Source of the DNA: Minisyncoccota bacterium
Lineage (GTDB): Bacteria; Patescibacteriota; Minisyncoccia; UBA6257
DNA: 64,000 nt
Reading direction: 5' to 3'
NCBI GenBank assembly: GCA_028695015.1
Contig: JAQVJR010000001.1
Location: 100,422 to 164,421, forward strand
A program made the position numbers and the translations under genes. Numbering within the stretch: position 1 is the first letter of the stretch; each line of letters begins with the position of its first letter. Positions 19,226 to 27,693 of this stretch are shown here, piece after piece. The notes beneath the pieces were generated by a model. It worked only from the letters and a program-made list of their open reading frames with translations, was not told the DNA's origin and did no database searches.

Positions 19226-21328
19226 TCATTCTGCTAAAGCCTTTGCCTCTTCTAATTTCAAAGAAAATAATTGAGAACAATCATCTGAAGTTAAAGTCAC
19301 TCCATAGATTGCCTGAACCGCACTCATTGTCATTCGATTATGGGTAATAATTATAAATTGAGTTTTTTGATTTAAGGCTTTTAGGATTTCAGCAAAACGC
19401 CGACTGTTTTCTTCATCTAGGGCTGCATCAATTTCATCAACTACTAATAAAGGAGCTTTTGATTGTTTAACCAAGGCAAATAACAAACAAATAGCCACTA
19501 GTGTTTTTTCACCCCCAGAAAGTATTTCTAAGCTCTTTAACTGTGTTTTTGGAATATTAATTTTAATATCAATACCCCAATTTAAATTCCCACTATCTGT
19601 TTGCTCTCTTTTCTGAACTAATTTTGCTGCGCCACCATTAAATATTAAGCGGAAATAATGATTGAATTGTTCATTTATTTCTTTAATGGCTTCATTAAAT
19701 TTTTCCTCTATTTGTTTTTCTAATTCTTTGATTAAGGATTGTAAATCTTCTATCCCTTTATTTAAATCATTTATTTGTTCGCTTAAAAAGTTATAACGCT
19801 CTGAAACTTCATGATATTCAGCAATGATATTTTCATCTTCAGCGCCAGCTTCAGTAAGCTCTTGTTTTCCTTTCCAAATTTTCCTTTCAAGAATATTCAA
19901 TGCCTCATCAGAAATTATTTCTTCTTGAGTGTTTTGGTAATTTTTTTCAAAATCATCAAACTCAAAATTTGATTCTTTGAGTCGTCTCTTAAAATCTTCC
20001 AAATGAAGCTCAAATTTTTCATTTAAAATCTCTTCTCTTTGCATCTCTCGGTATAATCTTTCTTTTTCTGTTCTTTTTAATTCTATTTCCTGAAATTTCT
20101 TCTTAAATTCTAGGCTCTGTTCATTTTGTTGTTCTTGTAATTTATTTAATTGTTCATTTTGATTTCTTAATTCTTTTTCTATCTTCTCTAATTCAAGTTG
20201 AATTTCTTGTATTTTTGTATTTTCTATTTCTTGAGGCTTATCTGAAAAATCAAGAAAAGAATTTAGATCTTCAATTAAATGATTGATTTTTTCTTTTATC
20301 TTTTCTAAATCAAATAATGAAAGCCAAGACTTTAATTCTTCTTTTAAAGAATGGAGTTTTTTTTCAAAATCCTGACCACTAACTTGTTTCTCTGACACTG
20401 CTTCTTGTCTTCCTAAATCTCTTAATAAAACTGATCTTTGATTTTGTAAATCAATAATTTCTTTTGTTAAGTTTCTAATTTTTGTTTCTAAATCTTTATC
20501 TTCTTGATTATCAATCAACCCTATAACTTTACTTTGTTCTTGAATTTCTTTTTCTAGATTTTCTATCTTATTCCTAATTGCATCAAAATCCAAAGGAGAA
20601 GTATTTCTTTCTTTTAATAATCGGTTATAAAGATTAATAAAATACTTGTTTTCAAGCAGAGAAAGCTCAGTTTTTATTTTTTCTACTTTTTCCCATCGAT
20701 TGACTTGTCTTTTTAATGATCTTAAATGAGGGAGAATTTCCTGTCTTAAAGCCTGGATTTTATCTAGGTTAATTGAAGTGCTTTCTAATTTTCTTCTAGC
20801 TTCTTCCTTTTTAATACCTAGGTTTTTAAGTCCTAAATCTTCTTCTAGCATCACTCTTCTTTCCTGAGCAGAAACTCTTAAGATATGATCCACTGACCCT
20901 TGATTGATAATTGAAAATCCTTTTAAGCCTAATTTAGCTGCCGCTGAGATTTCAATAATATCTTTAAGGCGACAAGGTTGATGATTAAGAAAATAACTAT
21001 TATTCTCATCACGGTCTATTCTTCTAGTAATACAAACTTCTGAAAATTCCAAAGGAAACAACCCCTGTTTATTATCAAAAATTAATTCTACTTCAGTAAA
21101 ACCAGCACTAAAATTCTTTTTATTACTAGAAAAGATTAAATCACTTCCCCGACTTATTCTTAAATTCTTAAAGCTCTGTTCTCCTAAGGCCCAACGAATT
21201 GCATCAACAACATTGGACTTACCTGAGCCATTAGGACCAACTATTGCTGTAAAAAAAACTGGAAAATCTAAAACATTTTTTCCAGAAAAAGATTTAAAAT
21301 TCTTTAAAACAATCTGCTTTAAAAACAT
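19226..21328 (-). CDS. smc: Short SMC-family ATPase
   Basis: FKSF, GPNGSGKSN, Q-loop (INQG), LSGGEK, VVDEIDAALD, ITHN; coiled coils; follows rnc. Confidence 0.88.
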   Translation of the reverse strand: MFLKQIVLKNFKSFSGKNVLDFPVFFTAIVGPNGSGKSNVVDAIRWALGEQSFKNLRISRGSDLIFSSNKKNFSAGFTEVELIFDNKQGLFPLEFSEVCITRRIDRDENNSYFLNHQPCRLKDIIEISAAAKLGLKGFSIINQGSVDHILRVSAQERRVMLEEDLGLKNLGIKKEEARRKLESTSINLDKIQALRQEILPHLRSLKRQVNRWEKVEKIKTELSLLENKYFINLYNRLLKERNTSPLDFDAIRNKIENLEKEIQEQSKVIGLIDNQEDKDLETKIRNLTKEIIDLQNQRSVLLRDLGRQEAVSEKQVSGQDFEKKLHSLKEELKSWLSLFDLEKIKEKINHLIEDLNSFLDFSDKPQEIENTKIQEIQLELEKIEKELRNQNEQLNKLQEQQNEQSLEFKKKFQEIELKRTEKERLYREMQREEILNEKFELHLEDFKRRLKESNFEFDDFEKNYQNTQEEIISDEALNILERKIWKGKQELTEAGAEDENIIAEYHEVSERYNFLSEQINDLNKGIEDLQSLIKELEKQIEEKFNEAIKEINEQFNHYFRLIFNGGAAKLVQKREQTDSGNLNWGIDIKINIPKTQLKSLEILSGGEKTLVAICLLFALVKQSKAPLLVVDEIDAALDEENSRRFAEILKALNQKTQFIIITHNRMTMSAVQAIYGVTLTSDDCSQLFSLKLEEAKALAE

Positions 21329-21344
21329 TTGGATAACTTTTACT

Positions 21345-22061
21345 TTATTTCTTTGCTTTCTCCTGCCATTCTTTTTTTAAAAGCGCCTTTTCTGCTGCCT
21401 GAACCTCAGCTTCTTGTTTTGAATATCCTTCACCTTGAGCTATTAACTTATCTTTTAAATAAACCCCTATTTCAAATTGCTTTGCATGATCAGGCCCCCA
21501 GGACTTTATTAATCTATATGTTGGAGTAATGCTTAAAATTTCCTGACTTTTTTCCTGAAAAATACTTTTAGGATCTCTAAAACTCTTTGTTTTAAAAATC
21601 TCATCTGCCTTAACTAAGAGACATTTTTTAATAAATTTTTCTGCCTCTTCATGCCCTTGGTCTAAATAAATAGCCCCAACAAGAGCTTCCACTGCATTAG
21701 CTAGGAAATAAGGTTGATGTTTTTTTAATTCCCTTTTTTCTCCTTTAGAAACTAAGAGATAATCTTGAATACCTGTTTCTGTTGCTGCTTCTAGAAGAGA
21801 ATTACCATTAATAAGTGCTGCTCTTAAGCTGGTTAACTCCCCTTCCTGAAGCTGAGGGTATTTTTTATATAAATATTCTGCAGTAATTAATCCAATAACT
21901 GCATCACCTAAAAATTCTAATTTTTCATTATGCCCTATGCTAAGCCATTCTGGATGTTCATTTAAAAAAGAACGATGTGTCAAAGCTTGTTTTAATAAAT
22001 CTATGTTTTTAAATTGAACCCCAATTATTTTTTCAATCTTTTTAAAGTTAGAATCTTTCAT
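21345..22061 (-). CDS. rnc: Ribonuclease III
   Basis: ALTHRS, NEKLEFLGDA, EALVGAIYLD and a C-terminal dsRBD. Confidence 0.97.
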   Translation of the reverse strand: MKDSNFKKIEKIIGVQFKNIDLLKQALTHRSFLNEHPEWLSIGHNEKLEFLGDAVIGLITAEYLYKKYPQLQEGELTSLRAALINGNSLLEAATETGIQDYLLVSKGEKRELKKHQPYFLANAVEALVGAIYLDQGHEEAEKFIKKCLLVKADEIFKTKSFRDPKSIFQEKSQEILSITPTYRLIKSWGPDHAKQFEIGVYLKDKLIAQGEGYSKQEAEVQAAEKALLKKEWQEKAKK

Positions 22062-22516
22062 TATAAATTTGCCTTATCTTGTTTTTTATCTAAAACTGCC
22101 TCCATTTCTCTAAAAATGGTTCCTAAAACTCCATTAACAAATCGACGTGAAGAATCCCCACCAAAAGTCTTAGCTAATTCAACTGCTTCATTAATTGCTA
22201 CCTTAGGTGGCACTTCTTTTGCATCACTAAATAATAATTCAAAAATCCCAATCCTTAAGATATTTCGATCTATAATATTAATCTGATTTAAAGGCCATTC
22301 AGGGGCACCAGAAACTATCAATTTATTTAATTTATCCCAATTACCCAGAATGCCCTCAAGAAGTTTTTGAGGATAGAGTTTATCTATTAAACCACTACTT
22401 AATGATTCAAGATTTCTTTCAAAGATTTTTTGAACATCTTTCTTTTCTCTTTTCCAAAAATCCCATTCATAAAGAGTTTGTAATACAATAGAGCGAGAAA
22501 GATGACGCGAACCCAT
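22061..22516 (-). CDS. nusB: Transcription antitermination factor NusB
   Basis: [35 protein letters not shown]. Confidence 0.96.
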   Translation of the reverse strand: MGSRHLSRSIVLQTLYEWDFWKREKKDVQKIFERNLESLSSGLIDKLYPQKLLEGILGNWDKLNKLIVSGAPEWPLNQINIIDRNILRIGIFELLFSDAKEVPPKVAINEAVELAKTFGGDSSRRFVNGVLGTIFREMEAVLDKKQDKANL

Positions 22517-22528
22517 AATTAAATAATT

Positions 22529-22762
22529 TTATTTTTCTTCTTCGATTTCTTTTTGCTTCTTTTTTCTTTCTTTCTTACTCAAACCTTTAAAAACATCAAT
22601 TACTTCTTTTTCCTTATAATAACCGCAAAAAGGACAAACTCGATGAGGTAAAATCCTCTCTCCGCAATGAGAGCATTTTATCAAATTTGATAATTTAAGA
22701 GCCATATGTGAACGGCGCTTATTAACTCGTGAACGACTATGATGACGTGATGGCACTGCCAT
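22529..22762 (-). CDS. rpmF: 50S ribosomal protein bL32 (zinc-ribbon form)
   Basis: MAVP..., CSHC and CPFCGYY. Confidence 0.96.
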   Translation of the reverse strand: MAVPSRHHSRSRVNKRRSHMALKLSNLIKCSHCGERILPHRVCPFCGYYKEKEVIDVFKGLSKKERKKKQKEIEEEK

Positions 22763-22832
22763 AATATTATCTCTAATTTAAAATTTAGCCTTTAAAGATT
22801 ATCACAAAAAACTCATTAAGACAAGAATTACA

Positions 22833-25721
22833 TTAATTATTAGCCCTTTTAAGATAAATAACAATTTCTTTATTATCAAGAATTAAATTTTCTTCAATCT
22901 CAAATTCTTCTGTTTTTTCCCATTTTATCTGCTTAATTCTTAATTCTTTTTTTATTTGTTTTTCGTTTTTTTGTAATAACTCTATTAATGAACTTTCTCC
23001 TTGGAAACAAACTAATATTTCATCACTGGCTGATAGATTATTTTTCTTACGGATAATTTGAATTTGTCTTGAACATTCTCGAATAATTCCCTCTTCTTTA
23101 AGCACTGGGGTGATTTTAGTATCAATTTCTATCTCTTGAGATAATTCTTTATCAAATGTAATTTTTTTAATATTAATTTCTTCTTTAATTAATTCTAATA
23201 ATTCTTCTTTGTCTTTTAATTCATTGTTTTTAATCTTTAATTCACTCAAAGGCTGCCTGACCCTTATCTTTTCTTTAATTCTCTCTGCTAAAGCTAAAGA
23301 TACTATCTCTCGTACTTTTTCCATTTCTTTTTCAAGCTGTTTGTTTATCAATTCTTCTTTAGGTATTGGATAATCACAAAGATGAACTGAGATTGGTTCT
23401 TCTTGCTCTCTTAAATCTTGATACAATTGTTCACTCATGAACGGAGCAAAAGGAGCCATTAATTTGCTTAAAGTAAAAAGGACTTGTGCTAAAACAGAAA
23501 GCGTTTCTTGATTTTCTCTTGCCTCTTTAAATCTCTGACGTGATCTTCGTAAATACCAAATGGATAAATCTTCAATAAATGCCTCAATGGATTTTATAGC
23601 TGGCAATAAGTCATATTTTTCCATTGCCTCTGTTATATCTTTATTTAAGCTATTTAATTTAGATAAGATCCATTTATCTAAGATATGAAGAGATTGATAT
23701 TGTTTTTCATCAATCTCTTTCATTCTTTTTAAAGAATAGAGTTTACTAAAACTAAAAACATTCCATAAGATAATTAAATTTTTCTTAAGAGCTTCTTCAA
23801 CTCCTTTCTCAGAAAAACGTAAATCATCTGCTCTAACTACTGGACTGGTTAATAAATAGAGTCGCATTGCATCAGCACCATATTGTTCTATTATCTTTAT
23901 TGGCTCAGGATAATTTTTCAAACGTTTGCTCATTTTTTGCCCATCTTCAGCTAAAACAATGCCATTAACAATGATATTAAGAAATGCTGGTTGATCAAAT
24001 AAAGCTGTGGCTAAAACCATTAAGGTATAAAACCAACCTCTTGTTTGATCTATTCCTTCAGCTACAAATTGAGCTGGGAAATTCTCTTCAAAGAATTCTT
24101 TGTTTTCAAAAGGATAATGAACCTGAGCATATGGCATTAAACCTGATTCAAACCAACAATCCAAAACCTCAGGAATCCTTTTCATTATTCCCTTACATTT
24201 TTCACATTTAAAAGTAAATTCATCTATAAAAGGACGATGCAAGTCCTTTACTTTTTGATTAGTTAATTCTTCTAGTTCAGCAACTGAGCCAATGGCTTTT
24301 AAATCATTGCATTCTTCACATTGCCAGATAGGAATTGGTGCTCCCCAATATCGAGAACGAGAAATTGACCAATCAGGAGCCTCAGCTAGTAATTTTCCAA
24401 AGCGCCCTTCTTTAATATGTTCTGGCACCCAATTAACTTTCTGATTGTTTTTAATAATTTTATCCCTAATTGCTGTTACCTGAACAAACCAAGAAGAAGT
24501 AGTGTAATTTAATAAAGGAGCATCACAACGCCAACAAAAAGGATATTTATGGAGTACAGTGTCTTGAATAAATACTTTTCCTTGTTCTTCTAATTTTTGA
24601 ACAATTTTTTTATCAGTTTCTAAGGGATTTCTTTTTGGCTTTACCTCTTCTCCAGCCCAATCATGTACTTCCTTAATAAATCGACCATCAGCATCAACAT
24701 GTTGAACAAAAGGTAATTTCTTTTTTTGTCCTAATTTTAAATCATCTTCACCAAAAGCTGGGGCAATATGAACTACTCCTGTACCTTCTTCTATAGAAAC
24801 AAAATCTCCTGAATAAATCTTCCAACCATTTTCTTTATTTTCTAAATCTTCTTGTTTGCTAAAATAATCAAATAATGATTCATATTTTAATCCAATTAAT
24901 TTTTCTCCTTTTATCTTTTCTATGATCTTGTATTCTTCTTTAATAATCTCTAATCTTTTTTCTGCTAAGATATAATAATTATCTTCTATCTTAATTTTTA
25001 CATATTCAATATCTTTACCTACAGCCAAGGCAACATTGCCTGGCAAAGTCCAAGGGGTTGTTGTCCAAGCTAAAATATATGTATTTTCTTGATTTATTAA
25101 TTTGAATTTTAAGGTAATGGCAATATCTTTAACTTCTTTATACCCTAGGCCAACTTCAAAATTAGAAAGCGTGGTGCCGCAACGAGGACAAATATGCATG
25201 CTTTTATATCCTTGATAAATCAATCCTTTATCCCATAACTGTTTAAAAGCCCACCAAACAGTTTCCATATATTCAAAATCCATTGTTTTATATGGATGTT
25301 CCATATCTACCCAACGGCCAATTTGAGGAATAATTTTTTGCCATTCATCAACATATCTCAAAACACTTTGCCTACAAGCAAAATTAAACTTATCAATACC
25401 AATATCTTCTATATCCTTTTTATTCTTAAGATTTAATTCTTGCTCGATCATGCATTCAATAGGCAAACCATGACAATCCCAACCCCAGCGTCTTTGTATA
25501 CGAAAACCTCTCATTGTCCAATAGCGCGGCACTGTATCTTTTATCAAAGAAGCTACCAAGTGCCCATAATGAGGCAAACCTGTGGCAAAAGGAGGTCCAT
25601 CATAAAAAACATATGCCTTATCTTTAGGCCTTTGTTCAATTGATTTTTCAAAAATTTTATTTTTTTGCCAAAAATCTAAAACTTGTTTTTCATTTTTAAT
25701 AAACTCAAGAACATCTTCCAT
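22833..25721 (-). CDS. ileS: Isoleucine--tRNA ligase, type 2
   Basis: FYDGPPFATGLPHYGH, GWDCHGLP, WTTTPWTLP, KMSKR. Confidence 0.97.
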   Translation of the reverse strand: MEDVLEFIKNEKQVLDFWQKNKIFEKSIEQRPKDKAYVFYDGPPFATGLPHYGHLVASLIKDTVPRYWTMRGFRIQRRWGWDCHGLPIECMIEQELNLKNKKDIEDIGIDKFNFACRQSVLRYVDEWQKIIPQIGRWVDMEHPYKTMDFEYMETVWWAFKQLWDKGLIYQGYKSMHICPRCGTTLSNFEVGLGYKEVKDIAITLKFKLINQENTYILAWTTTPWTLPGNVALAVGKDIEYVKIKIEDNYYILAEKRLEIIKEEYKIIEKIKGEKLIGLKYESLFDYFSKQEDLENKENGWKIYSGDFVSIEEGTGVVHIAPAFGEDDLKLGQKKKLPFVQHVDADGRFIKEVHDWAGEEVKPKRNPLETDKKIVQKLEEQGKVFIQDTVLHKYPFCWRCDAPLLNYTTSSWFVQVTAIRDKIIKNNQKVNWVPEHIKEGRFGKLLAEAPDWSISRSRYWGAPIPIWQCEECNDLKAIGSVAELEELTNQKVKDLHRPFIDEFTFKCEKCKGIMKRIPEVLDCWFESGLMPYAQVHYPFENKEFFEENFPAQFVAEGIDQTRGWFYTLMVLATALFDQPAFLNIIVNGIVLAEDGQKMSKRLKNYPEPIKIIEQYGADAMRLYLLTSPVVRADDLRFSEKGVEEALKKNLIILWNVFSFSKLYSLKRMKEIDEKQYQSLHILDKWILSKLNSLNKDITEAMEKYDLLPAIKSIEAFIEDLSIWYLRRSRQRFKEARENQETLSVLAQVLFTLSKLMAPFAPFMSEQLYQDLREQEEPISVHLCDYPIPKEELINKQLEKEMEKVREIVSLALAERIKEKIRVRQPLSELKIKNNELKDKEELLELIKEEINIKKITFDKELSQEIEIDTKITPVLKEEGIIRECSRQIQIIRKKNNLSASDEILVCFQGESSLIELLQKNEKQIKKELRIKQIKWEKTEEFEIEENLILDNKEIVIYLKRANN

Positions 25722-25810
25722 AAAATCTCTTTGTCTTTATTTGCCTTTAGTTTACTGCAAAAACCTCAAAAAAACAACATATTGTGATATAATAAACATA
25801 ATATAAAATT

Positions 25811-26260
25811 ATGAAAGATTTTATTTTCAATAAAAAAGCTGCTTTTGATTATGAAATCCTAGAAAAATTTGAAGCAGGAATTGTCCTTTCTGGTACAGAA
25901 ATTAAAGCCATTAAATCTGGCAAAGCAAATTTAGCTGGCAGTTTTGCCATTATCAGAAATAATGAAATTTTCCTTTTAAATCTCTCTATTCCTCCTTATC
26001 AACCTAAAAATGTTAGTGCTTCTTATCAACCTGATAAAACCAGAAAATTGCTTCTTCATAAAAAACAGATTGCTTCTCTTTCCGGTCAATTAAAACAAAA
26101 AAACTTGACTTTAATACCCTTAAGAATGTATAATAAACACGGCTTGATTAAAGTAGAATTAGCTTTAGCCAAAGGAAAAAAGAAATTTGATAAAAGAGAA
26201 TCAATCAAAAAAAGAGAAACTCAAAGAAAAATTGACAGGGCTAAGCGAGGAGATTATTAA
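25811..26260 (+). CDS. smpB: SsrA-binding protein SmpB
   Basis: NKKA.FDYEI, EAGIVL.GTEIK, RKLLLHK, GKKKFDKRE. Confidence 0.98.
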   Translation: MKDFIFNKKAAFDYEILEKFEAGIVLSGTEIKAIKSGKANLAGSFAIIRNNEIFLLNLSIPPYQPKNVSASYQPDKTRKLLLHKKQIASLSGQLKQKNLTLIPLRMYNKHGLIKVELALAKGKKKFDKRESIKKRETQRKIDRAKRGDY

Positions 26261-26271
26261 AGCCAATTTGA

Positions 26272-26646
26272 GGGGATGACGGGATTCGATAAAAAGGTCA
26301 TTTTTAAATATGCAAGTCGAGGAATTCTTGTTAGCTCGTAAAAATCAAGAAGGCATCTATAAATGCCAATCTCAAACCTGCTTATGCCTATGCCTAATCG
26401 CCTAGGCTAAGTTATTCCCTAAAGGGAAATTCTTTAAACAGATTCTCAATAGGTTTAAAGAATAAAAAACATTGAGATAGATTAATTGTCAGCGTTTCCG
26501 ACTAATAATTAATTGAATCTTGTTCGGAAAGTTTTAAGAAAAGTTTGTTTATTCTCTTTTCTTAAAAACTATAAAAGATAAACTAAACTTGTAGATTTAT
26601 TTAAAAACTCTTTTTAGACGTGGGTTCAACTCCCACCTTCTCCACC
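26272..26646 (+). ncRNA. ssrA: tmRNA; tag peptide (A)ANLKPAYAYA at 26365-26397
   Basis: 5' GGGGATGACGGGATTCGA; 3' T-arm and acceptor GTGGGTTCAACTCCCACCTTCTCCACC; G3-U alanine identity pair; pseudoknot complementarities (ttctcaat/attgaga, tttccga/tcggaaa); next to smpB. Confidence 0.95.
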
Positions 26647-26669
26647 TTAACTGCTAAACTTTTTTTAAT

Positions 26670-27143
26670 TTGGTCTCAAAAGAAATCCGTCTCATAGACG
26701 AAAAAAAACAACAATTAGGTGTTTATTCCTTTGAACAAGCTTCTCAGATAGCTACAGAAAAAGGATTTGATTTAATTTTAGTCACTGATAAAGTATCACC
26801 TCCGATTTATAAACTTGGTGATTATGGCAAATTAAAATACCAACAAGAGAAAGAATTAAAAAAAAGAAAACTGCAAGAGAAGCAAACTACTCAAAAATCC
26901 ATTCGCATTGGATTTAATGAAGGCGAGCATGACCTTAATGTGAAAATGAAAAAAGTAGAAAAATTCCTTGGGGAAAATAGAGCGGTTACTATTGAAATGA
27001 GATTACGAGGCAGGCAAAAAGCTCATTTTGATCTAGCTAAGGAAAAAATAAATAATTTTTGTAAAAAAATCACTATTCCTTATAAAGTTATTCAACCATT
27101 AAAAAAAGTCCCTCGAGGCTTAATGATAGTATTAAAACAATGA
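26670..27143 (+). CDS. infC: Translation initiation factor IF-3 (TTG start)
   Basis: IRLID, DYGKLKY, HDL..K; sits in the infC-rpmI-rplT order; in-frame TAA at 26655 limits the start. Confidence 0.93.
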   Translation: MVSKEIRLIDEKKQQLGVYSFEQASQIATEKGFDLILVTDKVSPPIYKLGDYGKLKYQQEKELKKRKLQEKQTTQKSIRIGFNEGEHDLNVKMKKVEKFLGENRAVTIEMRLRGRQKAHFDLAKEKINNFCKKITIPYKVIQPLKKVPRGLMIVLKQ

Positions 27144-27313
27144 GAGTAAAATTATTTCGTAAAAGATTAAAAAAAACCAAAAAAGGTAAAATCATCAGAC
27201 GCTCTAGTCATCTAGGGCACACTAAAGCCAAAGATGCTACTAAGATTAAAAGGAGAAGATTAAGACCAGTTTTGGTAAAAAAACAAAAGAAATCTATTCT
27301 TAAACATTCTTAA
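27140..27313 (+). CDS. rpmI: 50S ribosomal protein bL35 (57 aa, absent from ORF track)
   Basis: MRVKLFRKRLKKTKKGKIIRRSSHLGHTKAK...; ATGA overlap with infC; lies between infC and rplT. Confidence 0.9.
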   Translation: MRVKLFRKRLKKTKKGKIIRRSSHLGHTKAKDATKIKRRRLRPVLVKKQKKSILKHS

Positions 27314-27336
27314 TATTAAAAGAAGTAAATTTTATT

Positions 27337-27681
27337 ATGGTTAGAGTTAAAAGAGGCACTATTGCCCGAAAAAGAAGAAAAAACCTTTTAAAACACACTA
27401 AAGGTTTTCGTTATGGCCGTAAAAGCAAATACCGCCTATCTAAAGAAGCTTTATTACATGCTTGGACTAATGCTTTTAAAGACAGAAAAATCAAAAAAAG
27501 AGAAAACAGAAAGCTTTGGCAAGTAAAAATCAATGCTGCTTTAAAAGCTGAAGGTTTAAAATACAATAAATTCATTAAAGATTTAAAGGATAAAAAAATT
27601 ATCCTTGATCGTAAAGTTTTAGCTGAATTAGCAGAAAAACATCCTGCGTTATTTAAAAAAATCCTGGAAAATATCCAGTGA
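27337..27681 (+). CDS. rplT: 50S ribosomal protein bL20
   Basis: MVRVKRG, DRKIKKR..RKLW..INAA, LDRKVLAELA. Confidence 0.98.
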   Translation: MVRVKRGTIARKRRKNLLKHTKGFRYGRKSKYRLSKEALLHAWTNAFKDRKIKKRENRKLWQVKINAALKAEGLKYNKFIKDLKDKKIILDRKVLAELAEKHPALFKKILENIQ

Positions 27682-27693
27682 TTTTTTATTAAC

